Shown: piece after piece, positions 48,136 through 59,778 of the stretch | How the letters are laid out: each line of letters starts with the position of its first letter | Position numbering within the stretch: position 1 is the first letter of the stretch | Source: Bdellovibrionota bacterium | GTDB lineage: Bacteria > Bdellovibrionota_C > UBA2361 > JAAYZI01 | Direction: 5' to 3' | Assembly (NCBI GenBank): GCA_050950765.1 | Contig: JBMNIF010000001.1 | Location: 64,001-128,000 of the forward strand | Length of the DNA stretch: 64,000 nucleotides | Position numbers and translations under genes: made by a program | Notes under the pieces: generated by a model | Told to the model about the DNA's origin: nothing | Seen by the model: only the letters and a program-made list of their open reading frames with translations | The model's database searches: none

Positions 48136-48711
48136 GTGCATATGCTTTCAAGTGCAGCAACTAAATATATCAAAAGACTACAAAAAGGGTTTAAGTTCGT
48201 ATGGGGTTTGTGTGTAGCGATGCCACCACTGGCAAATCTTTTGGTCTGCATTTATATAGCCGGAGATGTTGTTGAAAGCGGTGATACGTTTTTTATAATG
48301 CCATACTATCTTCTTGCTTTATTATGGGTACTCGTTGTTTTCTGTATCTTTAAAAGGTTCGATTCTACAAAGATTTTAAAGAAAATATATAAAAAGGTTA
48401 ATCTTTTTGGGGCATCAATAGAAACCCTAAATGATATAAAAACTGCTCTCCCTACTGCAGCAGTAAAGGAGATTACAGAGAGGGAGATGAAAATTATTGA
48501 AGTGTTTAAGAGGTACACCTTCGCTTTTTTTTCTTATGTGGCGCTTGTTGATTCGGTATCCGTAGTGGGTTTCCTACTTAGTGTTCGGAGTATGAACATT
48601 GATATTATGTTTCTCTTTACTGTTTTCGCTCTTCTTCTTTTATGGATGATACCTCGTCCGCAGTTCGATCAACTCCTTGATCAGATAGACCGAGAAGTTG
48701 TTGAACAGTAA
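48136..48711 (+). CDS. Hypothetical membrane protein (about 4 TM)
   Basis: Hydrophobic helices; 3' end overlaps the convergent ORF by 95 bp. Confidence 0.6.
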   Translation: MHMLSSAATKYIKRLQKGFKFVWGLCVAMPPLANLLVCIYIAGDVVESGDTFFIMPYYLLALLWVLVVFCIFKRFDSTKILKKIYKKVNLFGASIETLNDIKTALPTAAVKEITEREMKIIEVFKRYTFAFFSYVALVDSVSVVGFLLSVRSMNIDIMFLFTVFALLLLWMIPRPQFDQLLDQIDREVVEQ

Positions 48712-51661
48712 GAAGGATCTTGATTGCTGCAATAGAAAGGTCTTCTCTTGATCTCTCTGTTAAAAGGGTCTCCTGTTTTGCAAGCTCTGCTATAATAATT
48801 TGAGCCTCTTCTATCTTAAAGCCTAGTTGGCGTAGTGACATAAAAAGGTCTATTTCAAAGTTTTCAGGATCGTCAAACCTCCACTCTTCTGGCTGAAAAA
48901 AGGGTTTCCGTTTCTGAAGTGCTAGAAAATTTAAAAACTCAATGATTCTTGCTGCAGAATAATCTATCTTAATTTTTTTAACTTTCTCCTGTCGTGGTGG
49001 AAGTTCCTTAGTAGAAGTTTCCTGCATAGTGGGTCGGCGTGGAGAATGCTCCTGAAGTTGTTTGCGGAACCTTTCAAGTATCACCTCTCTAGCACGACGT
49101 TGTTTTTCTAAAACAGCTGCAATGTGTTTCCGTTTTGCAGCGCTATCAATGGCACGTCTTTTTCGTTTTGTCTTAAAGGAGTTTTCCCTCTGCTGCTGCT
49201 CAACGTGAAGTGGTGTAGGTTGTGATGGCTTAGGTTCTATCTGTTTTGGTATAGCCCCTGTTTTTATAACGGAAAGTTTAGGCTGTGATTTTGTAGGAGG
49301 CGAAACACGATTTTTAGAGGTGTCATCTGTTCGTTCATTTATGCCTTTTTGTTCTCGTTGCTGCTCCGCTAAAGGTTTATTTGCAGTGCTTCTAATATAT
49401 GGTTGTTGCTTTTGTGCAGGTTTAACTTTTGTAGAAGATGGAGCGTGTTGTAAAAAGGAAGTGGTGTTATCTTTTTCGATCTTTCTTTGATCTTCCTTTT
49501 TAAGTGGATTGGTTGGAGTTGCTACGTGTTGTAAAGAAAATCTAGTAACCTCTTTTTCGGCAGATGGTTGATCTGTTACTACTGTTTGAAGAACGTTTTG
49601 AGGTGGTGTCTTTCTAAGGTGTGTTTGTTTAGAAGAGGTAGTAAGAGCGCTCTCTTTCTCTCGCAATTCAACCGCAGCAGGTTTTTTTAACGCCGTGTTG
49701 TACAGTGCTTCATTTATTCTACTTATCTCTCTTTCTCTATGTAGTTTTTCGTCTTGTTGAAAACTTTGCTTATTAGGTTGCTTAAATGTTTTTTCTGTTT
49801 CTATTTTAAGTAACGGCTTAGTAAGGCTTGCGTCTACTTTAGAGGTATCAGTATTTTTTAGTAGGGGCGATCTTTTGTTTAATGGATCGTGTTTTGCCAC
49901 TTGTAGAGGTGTTGTTTGTGATTGTTGTTGTGGTGGTAGCTTTGTCTGTTGTGCTTCCGTATATTGTGTTAACGCTTTCTGCCTTATTAAGTGTTCTTCT
50001 CTCTGTTGTGATGGTTTTAAAGGCTGCGTTGCAGTAGATAATTCCTCTTGAGTGTGTATCGCTTTAATACTTGTAGCTTGTAGCTGTTTATTCGTAACAG
50101 GGTGAAGATATTTTGCAGAAAGTTGCTCTATGTTTTTTACCTCGTTTTTATTTTTATTTATAAGGGGGATCTGCCCTCTATTTTTTAATAAGTTATCTTG
50201 ATTTGCTAAAGTCTCAACGTGTCCAATTTCTATACTTTCAACTATCGGAGTTTTGTTAGTAGTAGCAGTTTGTAGTGTTGTTTTAGTGTTAAGTTGGGTA
50301 GGGGTTGTAGAGATAGTTACATTTTTCTGTGCAAGATCGTTTGAGGTAGGTATGGCGTTTTTTATTTCGTTTTTATTTATAAGGGGATTTTGTTCTATAT
50401 TTTTTAATGAATCACTTTGATTTGCTGAAGTCTCAACGTGTCTAACTTCTATACTTTTAACTATTGGAGTTTTGTTAGTAGTAGCAGTTTGTAGTGTTGT
50501 TTCAGTGTTAAGTTGGGTAGGGGTTGTAGAGATAGTTTGTCCATCTACTTTAGTAAGATCGTGTAAAGTAAAAGTTATATTTTTATCTTCTCCTTTAGTT
50601 ATCGGGGTATTTTGTTCTATATTTTCTAATGAAGTGTGGCGATCAAATACAAGATCGGTAACGGAGGGGTGCTCTTTAGAAGGTATTAAATCTTCAATGG
50701 AGAGTTCACCACGTACGAGAGGCAACGCTATCTGACATAACTTTAAAACGCCCCTTTCAAAATCGTCACAGTTATTTAAATAGGTTTTAAAAAGCTCTTT
50801 AATCTCTGTTTGACGATTTTTTAATTCGTGTTGATATCTGTCAAACTCTTTTGCTAGAGCCACCTGACGTTCAAAAACTCCTGCGGTAAGGGGTTGATAC
50901 GTTTTTAAGTTTTCTTCCATTAAGGTTAAGATATGTTGTACTTCGATGGGTGTTGCTTGATCAAAGAGAAGAGGGACGGAAATACCGAGTTTTTGACCTT
51001 GCAGGTCGCTTGTGGGGATGGCTTTTTCTTGTAAAGTAGTAAGTAAAGCTTGTAAGCCTTCATTTGAACTAGGGTATTCTAAGGAGATGGCGGAAACCTT
51101 TCGTGCTTCAATGTCAAAAGTATAAATATAGATAAATGAACCTGAACAGTAATTCTCTTCCTCTTCTTCTTCGGCTTCACGGCGTGGGCTGATTAAAATA
51201 GCTTGTTTTATCCCTGACTGTTCGGCAAAGGCGTCACGCATCGCAAGTAGGCCGTCAAAGATCTCAGAGTCTGCACGATTATGTTGTAATGAGCGCTCTG
51301 CCATCTTTTCAAGGGTATCACCTTGAGAGGTGACCATAGTGTTATTTTGCCAGTCATAGCCGAAAGAGATTAAACCACTCGGTTCGATGATTGCAAAAGC
51401 GGTATCTTCCGCCATAATCTGAGCGATAATCTCGGTTTTTTCAGAGCGGTCAAAGTTATGAGAGTTTAAAGCTGAAAGTAGACGTGTTACGACAGCAGCT
51501 TGAAGGGTAGGGTCAAAATATTTTTCCAGCTCTTTAGAATTGTTATTTATTACTTCGGATACGATGTTAGAAGTTGCAAGATCGTGGTCCCCTTTTGGGG
51601 GAGGTATGGCAATGGCATCTAATTCTTGTGCGGTGTTATGTATGGAGATGTCTAGTGACAT
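48617..51661 (-). CDS. Large hypothetical protein: globular N-terminus, Thr/Gln/Lys-rich low-complexity middle, helical C-terminus
   Basis: 1014-aa open frame with an internal 73-aa (219-bp) duplication. Confidence 0.8.
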   Translation of the reverse strand: MSLDISIHNTAQELDAIAIPPPKGDHDLATSNIVSEVINNNSKELEKYFDPTLQAAVVTRLLSALNSHNFDRSEKTEIIAQIMAEDTAFAIIEPSGLISFGYDWQNNTMVTSQGDTLEKMAERSLQHNRADSEIFDGLLAMRDAFAEQSGIKQAILISPRREAEEEEEENYCSGSFIYIYTFDIEARKVSAISLEYPSSNEGLQALLTTLQEKAIPTSDLQGQKLGISVPLLFDQATPIEVQHILTLMEENLKTYQPLTAGVFERQVALAKEFDRYQHELKNRQTEIKELFKTYLNNCDDFERGVLKLCQIALPLVRGELSIEDLIPSKEHPSVTDLVFDRHTSLENIEQNTPITKGEDKNITFTLHDLTKVDGQTISTTPTQLNTETTLQTATTNKTPIVKSIEVRHVETSANQSDSLKNIEQNPLINKNEIKNAIPTSNDLAQKNVTISTTPTQLNTKTTLQTATTNKTPIVESIEIGHVETLANQDNLLKNRGQIPLINKNKNEVKNIEQLSAKYLHPVTNKQLQATSIKAIHTQEELSTATQPLKPSQQREEHLIRQKALTQYTEAQQTKLPPQQQSQTTPLQVAKHDPLNKRSPLLKNTDTSKVDASLTKPLLKIETEKTFKQPNKQSFQQDEKLHREREISRINEALYNTALKKPAAVELREKESALTTSSKQTHLRKTPPQNVLQTVVTDQPSAEKEVTRFSLQHVATPTNPLKKEDQRKIEKDNTTSFLQHAPSSTKVKPAQKQQPYIRSTANKPLAEQQREQKGINERTDDTSKNRVSPPTKSQPKLSVIKTGAIPKQIEPKPSQPTPLHVEQQQRENSFKTKRKRRAIDSAAKRKHIAAVLEKQRRAREVILERFRKQLQEHSPRRPTMQETSTKELPPRQEKVKKIKIDYSAARIIEFLNFLALQKRKPFFQPEEWRFDDPENFEIDLFMSLRQLGFKIEEAQIIIAELAKQETLLTERSREDLSIAAIKILLTVQQLLGLSDQGVDRTADEVSSIKEEERKQ

Positions 51662-52022
51662 ATCAGTTTGTTTTATGATTATAGCCCGTATATAAACGAA
51701 GCATTCTCTCTAAAAATACCTTAACTGGCAAATCTTAAACGGTATAAAAATAATCTTGCTTAAAACGTATTGATTATATTTATAAATTTACTAATTTCAT
51801 TCACAAATCTTTCCTACCTTTTAAAAACTATATTCTCAAAAAATGACCTCTTTTTCACTATAATTTCACATTACAGCGGCGATTTTTAAGCCTTTTTCTA
51901 TAAAAATAAGGTATTTGCCGATCGTGAAAAATATAACAGAATAAGAACGCCGCAGAGCTGCTTTCTAGGAAGCGAATAATTTCAGCAAAACAAAAAACAG
52001 AATAAAAAGAGGTATAACTCAG

Positions 52023-55000
52023 ATGGAAAAAGAAAGGATGATGAAGGTAAAAGCAGTAGTGTTTTTATTGGCTCTAATCTTACTACTGCTAATTGGTGTC
52101 CCGAACTTTTTTAACTTTACCTCTAATGCTCCTAATAACGTTCCTAGCTCTGGCGGTGAGAAGTTAGAGATAGGAACTGCCCTCTTACCCGCAACACTAC
52201 CGTTTGACCTCACTACTAAAAAGGGAGGAGAGGTTGTAAAGTGCACTAACTTTAGCGAGACTTTAGACGCTACTGTTTCAATAACTGTAATCGGTGCTAA
52301 AAATGAAGTTACAACTGAAGATATCTCTATTAAAGCAGCTTCTGAAGAAGTTTTCGATATTAGACAGATTGCAGGATTTAAAAAGAAAATTAAAAGGTCA
52401 AAATACGGTATAATTGATTTTAACTCACAAGATAAAGATGTAAGTTGTGAGATAATCAATTATGACTATCAGTATCGTGATATTTTAAAAGATGTTTATA
52501 GTACCCGTTCAGTTGGAAGAGACGACATCCTCTCTGGAGAGAGTTACATTATCGCAAGCCCTCATATCTATAAAAAACCCCTTGATCTAAAAACCCTCAT
52601 TATTCACAACACTGCTTCAGAGCCGTTAAACCTAAATATTACAGGATACTCTAATGTAGGAAAGAAGATTCTAGGAAAGGATAACGTTTCAATCCCTCCT
52701 TATGGCAGATACGCCTTAAGAGTACGTAATTCTGCCCACGCCACATATCACCTTACACCTAACGTTACAGAAGGGGCTGCTACACCTCAATATGTAGCTT
52801 ATTTAAAGGTAACCTCTAATGCCCGTGAGTCTGCTCCTTATCAGAAAGTACACTTTATAAAACCGAGTAAAACCTTTGAAGAGAGCGCTCTTTTCCCTGC
52901 AAAAGGGGTGCTAGTTGTTTCAAATATAAGTTCAGCTCCTACACTATTTAACTATGAAGTTTATACGAAAGGTTTAAAGGTTTATGAAGGTACAGAGTGG
53001 GTTTTACCGTATGCACAGAGGTACTTGGATTTAAAGAAACAACTTAAGAAGTTAGATAAACCAACGATAAAACTTATCCCTGAAAATCAGTTTCGTCCTA
53101 AGGTATGTGATAGTGAAGGTAATTGTGTAACCTCCATGCAGCGGGGACTCCTCGTAGTTAATCAGTATGACAGTGTAAAACGGAATCCGTACCAAGTTTT
53201 TGATAACCGCTATTATAACGGCACCTCTTTATTTGCTACATTTGATAATACCTTAAAGGAGAAGACAACATTACAGATAGTTAACTCAAACCCTAAAGAT
53301 GCGGAGGTATCTTTACTGATAAATCAGGGTGGTGATTATAAAGAGTACGGCTATACACTTGGAGGGAGCTCAACTTTAACCGTAGCATTAAGAAAACTAG
53401 TTAAGAAAAACACCTTAGGTTATATCCTCTTTTCTTCAGATAAGGCTATTACAGTACATGTTCGTTCTTTTTATAAGGGAGGTTCAAGTAGAGAATACTT
53501 TGCTATTCCGTTAGAGAACTTAGATAGTGATTTTGTTAGTGATAGTAGCTTTAGAGATAATACCTTACAGGAGAGTTTTAACTTTAGCTCCGCCGTTACC
53601 TATTCAAAATTACCTGTAACGTGTTTTAAGTATGCTGGTTTTAAAGACAGTGATGGTGATGGTTTATGTGACCACGAAGAGGCGGTAATCGGTTCTAATC
53701 CTAGAAAAGGAGATACAGATAACGATGGTATCTCTGATGGTGAAGAGCTTTATCACTATTTTTCATCACCTCTTTTAAAGGATAGTGATAACGACGGTTA
53801 CTCTGATGCAGAGGAGATTGAAGCGGGAACAAGACCCTACGATGCGAATGTTTTTCCTGAAAGAGAGCTTGGAGATTTAACTATTCGTTTTGATAGTATA
53901 GGGCAGGTTATGAAAACCCGTCCACCTATCTCTTATGCTTTAAACTCTGCACATACTTGGCCAGGAAATACATTTAAAAGTAGTGATTGGGAGTATCCAA
54001 GTATTACGGCGCTGCTGCCTTTTGGAAGCTATCACCACGTTAAACTTTACAATAAAATAGCAAGTGGAGAAACTATTACCTATGCTGTTATAGATAAGAG
54101 AGAATCTAAGACTACACGAAAAAATTTTTCTCGGGATGATGTTGCAAAGCTTACACGGATGTATATTGAAGCTTATTTGGGGATGATAAGAGACGTTATA
54201 AAAAATGCTTCCTGTAAAGTTATAGATGTGACATATGCAGTTGATGCTGGTCATATAATGAGTTTTCCAGATATTAAAATATCTCTCCGTGATACAATAC
54301 CGTTATTTCCGATTGAATATAACGAAGTTGGACGTTCTTATGCTATATGCCAAAATAATTCTGTCACGTTATATCGAGTAGGTATCGCGCCTTTTTCTAA
54401 AACAGAGCAGACACTTGCACATGAGCTTGGGCATAAGTTCGGTTTAGATGATTTATATTCACCAGGAATAAGGAGGATGGCTCCTAAGGGTATGATGGGA
54501 TGCGATAGCCCCTGCATGACAGATTTTGATGTGCTTAATATCTATATTAGAAGCATTATGCAGCTAACTAATTTTAGCCTCTCTTACTCTGATATTATTC
54601 AAGAGCATCTAGTAAATTGTTCTACAGATTCTGCACCTGACGGAGTAAAGATAGTTTTTGAATATAATGGTGAAGTTCAAGAAACACCCTGCCTTAAAAA
54701 AGATGAGATAATAGTCAGATCTCCTCTGGCTCCTGCAAAAGAAGATACTGATAAATATAAAAAGTGCGCATTAACTGCATTAAACAACACCCAACCAGAA
54801 GAGATCTTTCCTGTTAAGGTATTAAGCCAGAACTGTCTTGCTACTGATGATAATTGCAATAATAAGGAAGTTAAGTGCCGAGCAGAGTATATGACCCATT
54901 ATAATAACGATTGTTCTTCTTTTGATGGTGAACAGAAGCAAGCCTGTGAAGATACTAATAGTTCTAAGAGAGCTTTCTATGCTTGTAAGATAAGGAATTG

Positions 55001-57572
55001 TAAAGACCTTTTACTAGAAAATAACTCTTTTAATTTAAGCGTAATGCGTTGCGATATCTTTTATTGTGAAAAGAAGATGGCAAATTTTCAGGATGCCGTA
55101 GAAAATTATCATAAAAAATATGGAGATAAGTATCATTACCATACCTGCGAAAAAGGCACATGCCCAAGTAATCAACATAAAAAATATATAAAGCCTTGGG
55201 GGAAAAACTTATGTCAGTGTAGTAATAGTAGGTGTAAGGAAGGAACGTTTTTAATTGAAAGCCCTGATAAAGATGGTAATGATCTCTGTTGTCCGCGTAA
55301 TGATGATAAGTATTGTAAAACACTAACAGGGGAGCTTGGAGCTACTTGTTGTCCTGCTAGTTGGAGTTGTATTAAAGATCACTTTAATGATACCTCTAAC
55401 GGAAGGAAAGTCTGCTGCGATAAGCCGTTTACAGATCCTAGTGGAACTACATTTTGTTGTGATAGTAAAAGAGCCCAAAAACTTCCAGCATGTAGATGTG
55501 GTGGTAAATATCAGATCTTTACATCTTCTAAAAAAACTGACTACATCTGTTGTAAAGATAAAAACGCCGTAGCTTGTAGCGGAAAATGTTGTAACGGTAT
55601 CTGTGATAATGGTAAATGTTGTGGGAAAAATAAGATAAATTGTGGTGGTGCCTGTTGTGCAAAGGGTAGATGCGCTCAGTCTCCCATAAAATCAAAGTGC
55701 TGTCCATCAGGAACGAATGCTTGTGGAGACCTCTGTTGTGAGAAGTGTAATGTTGTTAGATCTAGTAGTGATGTTGGTTATTTTTGTGAGGGGTGCCCAG
55801 AAGGGCAATATACCTGCGGAGGAAAGTGTTGTAAGCCAGAAGATTGTGAGAGGGCTTTAGTTCCTTTTCCACCAAGTGGGTTTAAATATACTTGCCATAA
55901 TAATTGCGGAGCAGATCAATACGAATGTCCTGATAGTGAAAGGTGTTGTCCACTAGATACTGAGTGTTGTGATAATACAGATGAAAAAGGTTGTTGTCCT
56001 AAGTGCCCCAGAGGGGATGTCTTTCTTGGAAGAAAAGATAATGAAAAAAGAGATCCTATCTGTTGTCCGGAATTAAAGCCATATTATAAAGGTGATGATA
56101 GTGAAGGAAATACAGTCTGCTGCAATGAAGATGAGATTAATTGTGGCGGAAGGTGTTGCGGAGAGGCGTATTGTGAAAACGAAAAGTGTTGTTCAGGAGA
56201 TACCCCTCATTATATCAGTAGAGTAAAGCCGAGTGCCGGAAAGTGTTGTAAATTTAAGTCAGACATTCTTTGTGGAGGTTCTGAGGTGCAGTGTTGTGCT
56301 AAAGGGCAATGTACCTCAGGAGATTGGGGAAGTCAGATCTGCTGCGCTGATACTACCCCTGATGGTAAAGAACAGATAGCTTGCGGAAAAGTTTGCTGCG
56401 AAAAAGAGTATTGCGAAGATGGAGTTTGTAAAACTCCTACGCCCACCCCGACTACAACGTCATCACCCACACCAACGCCGCACCCTGAGTGCGTTGATGG
56501 GATAGACTTTAATGAGATGACGGGAGAGTGTTGTCCATTAGACCTTCCTCACTATGCTGTTAAAGTAGGTTCTAATATAGGGCTATGTTGTAAATCTGAA
56601 ACAGAAGTCTTTTGCGGAGGAGTCTGCTGCGAGGTGCAGTATTGTAAAAATAAAAATCAAGTTTGTAGAACTCCGACACCAACTCCGACTACAACGTCAA
56701 CACCGTTTTACACACCAATCCCTACAAAGACTCCTACACCGTCAAAGAGTCCAACAGCAACACAAACACCTAGTGAGACGCCGCCACCTTTTGTAACAAA
56801 AACTCCGTTAAGAACGATAACTCCTACGGTAGTGCCATCTGGGACAGTAATACCTAGTAAGACTCCGACTATTACAAAAACTCCTACTCCAACAAAAACG
56901 GCTACACCAACGAAAACTCCGACAAAGACAAGAACACCTACAAAGACTCCGACGAAAACACCTACGCCGACGAAAACCCCTACGCCTACGCCGACGGTAA
57001 CAAAAACACCAACTCCTACACCTACATGCTCTGCGGGAGTAGACTTTAATGAGATTAGTCAAAGGTGTTGTTCGAAAGACCTTCCGCACTATGTCACTAT
57101 GAAAGATCCAGGTATTGGGATGTGTTGTAAAGGTGCAACAGATACCCTTTGCGGAAGTTATGAAGTACAGTGTTGTGCTAGTGGACAGTGCACTTCGGGA
57201 GACTTGGGAAATCAGACCTGCTGCGCTACTACTACCTCTAGTGGCAAAAAGCAGATCGCTTGCGGAAGTGTCTGCTGTGAAGAAATATATTGTAAAAACG
57301 GAGTTTGCAAAACTCCTACACCGACTCCAACGCCCACGCCCACACCTAAACGGACTGCAACGAAGACTCCAAGTGTAACAAAGACACCAACGCCAAGCGC
57401 AACAAAAACGCCTTCATTGTTCTACACACCTAGTGCAACAAGCTCTCCGTTCTGGGCCTATACACTACCACCAACCCTTTCCCCGTTCTTCTCACCAACC
57501 CCAATGCCAACACCGTTCTACACGGAGACAATAGGTGTGCCGACGCTATCCCCAACCTTCTGGGTATGGTAA
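52023..57572 (+). CDS. Giant secreted or anchored protein: beta-rich N-terminus, DxDxDG Ca-binding repeats, zinc metalloprotease motif, Cys-rich repeats, Thr-Pro stalks
   Basis: N-terminal hydrophobic helix; [30 protein letters not shown] plus GMMG; many CC/CGGxCC units; (TP)n tracts. Confidence 0.85.
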   Translation: MEKERMMKVKAVVFLLALILLLLIGVPNFFNFTSNAPNNVPSSGGEKLEIGTALLPATLPFDLTTKKGGEVVKCTNFSETLDATVSITVIGAKNEVTTEDISIKAASEEVFDIRQIAGFKKKIKRSKYGIIDFNSQDKDVSCEIINYDYQYRDILKDVYSTRSVGRDDILSGESYIIASPHIYKKPLDLKTLIIHNTASEPLNLNITGYSNVGKKILGKDNVSIPPYGRYALRVRNSAHATYHLTPNVTEGAATPQYVAYLKVTSNARESAPYQKVHFIKPSKTFEESALFPAKGVLVVSNISSAPTLFNYEVYTKGLKVYEGTEWVLPYAQRYLDLKKQLKKLDKPTIKLIPENQFRPKVCDSEGNCVTSMQRGLLVVNQYDSVKRNPYQVFDNRYYNGTSLFATFDNTLKEKTTLQIVNSNPKDAEVSLLINQGGDYKEYGYTLGGSSTLTVALRKLVKKNTLGYILFSSDKAITVHVRSFYKGGSSREYFAIPLENLDSDFVSDSSFRDNTLQESFNFSSAVTYSKLPVTCFKYAGFKDSDGDGLCDHEEAVIGSNPRKGDTDNDGISDGEELYHYFSSPLLKDSDNDGYSDAEEIEAGTRPYDANVFPERELGDLTIRFDSIGQVMKTRPPISYALNSAHTWPGNTFKSSDWEYPSITALLPFGSYHHVKLYNKIASGETITYAVIDKRESKTTRKNFSRDDVAKLTRMYIEAYLGMIRDVIKNASCKVIDVTYAVDAGHIMSFPDIKISLRDTIPLFPIEYNEVGRSYAICQNNSVTLYRVGIAPFSKTEQTLAHELGHKFGLDDLYSPGIRRMAPKGMMGCDSPCMTDFDVLNIYIRSIMQLTNFSLSYSDIIQEHLVNCSTDSAPDGVKIVFEYNGEVQETPCLKKDEIIVRSPLAPAKEDTDKYKKCALTALNNTQPEEIFPVKVLSQNCLATDDNCNNKEVKCRAEYMTHYNNDCSSFDGEQKQACEDTNSSKRAFYACKIRNCKDLLLENNSFNLSVMRCDIFYCEKKMANFQDAVENYHKKYGDKYHYHTCEKGTCPSNQHKKYIKPWGKNLCQCSNSRCKEGTFLIESPDKDGNDLCCPRNDDKYCKTLTGELGATCCPASWSCIKDHFNDTSNGRKVCCDKPFTDPSGTTFCCDSKRAQKLPACRCGGKYQIFTSSKKTDYICCKDKNAVACSGKCCNGICDNGKCCGKNKINCGGACCAKGRCAQSPIKSKCCPSGTNACGDLCCEKCNVVRSSSDVGYFCEGCPEGQYTCGGKCCKPEDCERALVPFPPSGFKYTCHNNCGADQYECPDSERCCPLDTECCDNTDEKGCCPKCPRGDVFLGRKDNEKRDPICCPELKPYYKGDDSEGNTVCCNEDEINCGGRCCGEAYCENEKCCSGDTPHYISRVKPSAGKCCKFKSDILCGGSEVQCCAKGQCTSGDWGSQICCADTTPDGKEQIACGKVCCEKEYCEDGVCKTPTPTPTTTSSPTPTPHPECVDGIDFNEMTGECCPLDLPHYAVKVGSNIGLCCKSETEVFCGGVCCEVQYCKNKNQVCRTPTPTPTTTSTPFYTPIPTKTPTPSKSPTATQTPSETPPPFVTKTPLRTITPTVVPSGTVIPSKTPTITKTPTPTKTATPTKTPTKTRTPTKTPTKTPTPTKTPTPTPTVTKTPTPTPTCSAGVDFNEISQRCCSKDLPHYVTMKDPGIGMCCKGATDTLCGSYEVQCCASGQCTSGDLGNQTCCATTTSSGKKQIACGSVCCEEIYCKNGVCKTPTPTPTPTPTPKRTATKTPSVTKTPTPSATKTPSLFYTPSATSSPFWAYTLPPTLSPFFSPTPMPTPFYTETIGVPTLSPTFWVW

Positions 57573-57796
57573 GGGGCTTAATAAAATTTACGGAGGTTCT
57601 TCTTTAAACAGAGTCTTACATTATTTTGTTCGTTATCTCGCAAGAAAAAATCTTAAGATCGGATTTAAATTGTTGTGACTTAATATGTACATTTTAATCT
57701 GTTGTCGTTGACAAAAAGTAGTTAAAAGTACAAAGTTCCAACGAAGTTGATTTAGAGAGGATCCGCATGATTGTGTGACGCTACGTTTATGTAATC

Positions 57797-59242
57797 ATGC
57801 GGATTTTCTTATATCTAGCCTTAATAATATCGGAAGAGGAATGTGTGGCTGTAATTGCGAAAAATAATATTCATAATGAAGGAGGCTTTAGTGATAGTGG
57901 CGAGGTGTCTGAAAAGAATACTAATTTAAAAGATGTAGCTACAATCTCTCAAAAACAACTCTTTTGGTTGTGGTTGCCGCTGGTTGCGACGTGGGCTCTG
58001 ATAGGGCTGGAGCTGCCTATGGCGCATATTATGTTAACACGCCTCCCGAATGTAGAAGAAAATCTGGCAGCTTTAGGTGTGGCGTTCTCCATTTTTATTA
58101 TCGTGGAGTCTCCGATCTTTTCAATGATGTCGGCAGCCACCGTCTTAGTCTCCGATAAAAAAGCGTATTACAAGTTGCGTAATTTTAATTTTTGCTTAGG
58201 TGCTACACTTAGTTTCTTTCTAACGTTGCTTTTGATACCAAGTGTCTTTAAGTTTTTGACGACTACAATTTTAGCGTTACCTGAAGACATTCTACACAAT
58301 GTTTGGTGGGCGTTATTACTGTATGTGCCGTGTCCATTCTTTGTTGGATACAGACGCTTTTATCAAGGTATACTCGTGCGTTCTGGGATGAACTCCAGAG
58401 TTGGTATAGGAACTATGGCACGTGTTTTCGTTTCTATCGGTTCTATGCTGCTCCTCGCCACCTGCGGTTTCCCAGGGGCAATTGTTGGAGTAGGGGGGTG
58501 TGTTAGCGGTATGCTTTTTGAAGCTGGTATTTCACGTTATATGGTAAGACCCGCCTTGAAAAAACTTCTTGCAGATCCAGCTTCGGAGAATACTTTAACT
58601 TACCCCTATATCGCTAAGTTTTATGTGCCGTTGGCATTAGCAAGTATTATGGGAACTGCCATCACACCCGTCTTGGTTTTCTTTTTAGCGCGAGGCTCCT
58701 TTCCAGTCGAATCTTTGGCGGTATACCCCGTTCTTTCGGGAATAATAAACTTCTCTGCTTCAGCTATAATCGGTCTACATGATCTTATGCTTGGAACACT
58801 AGGAGATAAATATGAAAATCTTTTACAACTAAAGATATTCACAAAGCGTGTCGCCTTTACGCTTATAGCTATTTTATCTATCTTGTTATTTACTCCACTT
58901 AAACTTCTTTTATTTGGAGTTATCTACGGATTGCCTGAAAACTTAATACATTTTGCTACCGATGCCGCTATCTTTATAGTTCTGTTTTTGATCACTGATG
59001 TTTATGCTTTTTATGTACGTGCAGTTTTGATTCGCGCCAGAAAAACAGCGATTGTTACCTTCTCCAGTGTTATGTTTTTGCTTTCAGTTTTTGTTTTGAT
59101 GATGCTTTTGATTGATCACACTTCAATTTACGGTGCTACTGCTGCTGTTATTGCATTAGTAATCGGAAATTGTATCGGGATAATGAGCTTTTTACCTGAA
59201 TACAAAACTACTCTAAAGAATATTCAGAGACTCGCACCTTAA
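57797..59242 (+). CDS. MATE/ANKH-like (MOP superfamily) membrane transporter
   Basis: About 12 TM in two halves: WLPLVATW...ENLAALGVA...ESPI and FYVPLALAS...ESLAVYPV; start may be GTG 57845. Confidence 0.72.
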   Translation: MRIFLYLALIISEEECVAVIAKNNIHNEGGFSDSGEVSEKNTNLKDVATISQKQLFWLWLPLVATWALIGLELPMAHIMLTRLPNVEENLAALGVAFSIFIIVESPIFSMMSAATVLVSDKKAYYKLRNFNFCLGATLSFFLTLLLIPSVFKFLTTTILALPEDILHNVWWALLLYVPCPFFVGYRRFYQGILVRSGMNSRVGIGTMARVFVSIGSMLLLATCGFPGAIVGVGGCVSGMLFEAGISRYMVRPALKKLLADPASENTLTYPYIAKFYVPLALASIMGTAITPVLVFFLARGSFPVESLAVYPVLSGIINFSASAIIGLHDLMLGTLGDKYENLLQLKIFTKRVAFTLIAILSILLFTPLKLLLFGVIYGLPENLIHFATDAAIFIVLFLITDVYAFYVRAVLIRARKTAIVTFSSVMFLLSVFVLMMLLIDHTSIYGATAAVIALVIGNCIGIMSFLPEYKTTLKNIQRLAP

Positions 59243-59244
59243 AA

Positions 59245-59283
59245 GACATGCAAAAGGTGGTAAGAAAACGCCTTTTGCATGTC
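59245..59283. terminator. Strong hairpin between convergent genes
   Basis: GACATGCAAAAGG...CCTTTTGCATGTC 13-bp perfect stem. Confidence 0.7.
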
Positions 59284-59303
59284 GGACTACTAGAGGTTAT
59301 CAG

Positions 59304-59669
59304 TTAAAAGCTTCTGATGAAATCGGTGATGCCCCAGACAGCACTGGTGGTGCCACGAACCTCGTTAATTCTGTTACGGATAGAATCATGACGATTCTTT
59401 TCGGCGTGACCTTCAACCCCTAAACGATGGTCTGCTACGCCTAAGACGGCATGTTGAGAATCTGCGTTGTTTTTAACGATCTCGTTTTGTAATCCGGTAA
59501 CGACAACCTGTTTCTGTAATGCGGCGACGTTTTGAGTGTTCGGAATACCACCGTTAAATGCAGCAGCTTCTGCTGTATATTGACTGGTAGCAAGTTGACT
59601 ATATCCAGTACATCCGGTAGCAAAACAAACGAGAGCAAGTGAGAGGTAGTATTGAACCTTTTCCCCCAT
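59304..59669 (-). CDS. Hypothetical lipoprotein
   Basis: LALVCFATGC lipobox-like signal. Confidence 0.6.
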   Translation of the reverse strand: MGEKVQYYLSLALVCFATGCTGYSQLATSQYTAEAAAFNGGIPNTQNVAALQKQVVVTGLQNEIVKNNADSQHAVLGVADHRLGVEGHAEKNRHDSIRNRINEVRGTTSAVWGITDFIRSF

Positions 59670-59778
59670 AAAAACGGGTGGTTATGTTTGCACTTGGTGT
59701 TGAAAAAAATAATTAGGCGCTAGTTCTGCAAAAGATTTTTTTTAATCGGTGTCATCCATCAGGGTTAGAGACTTCATC

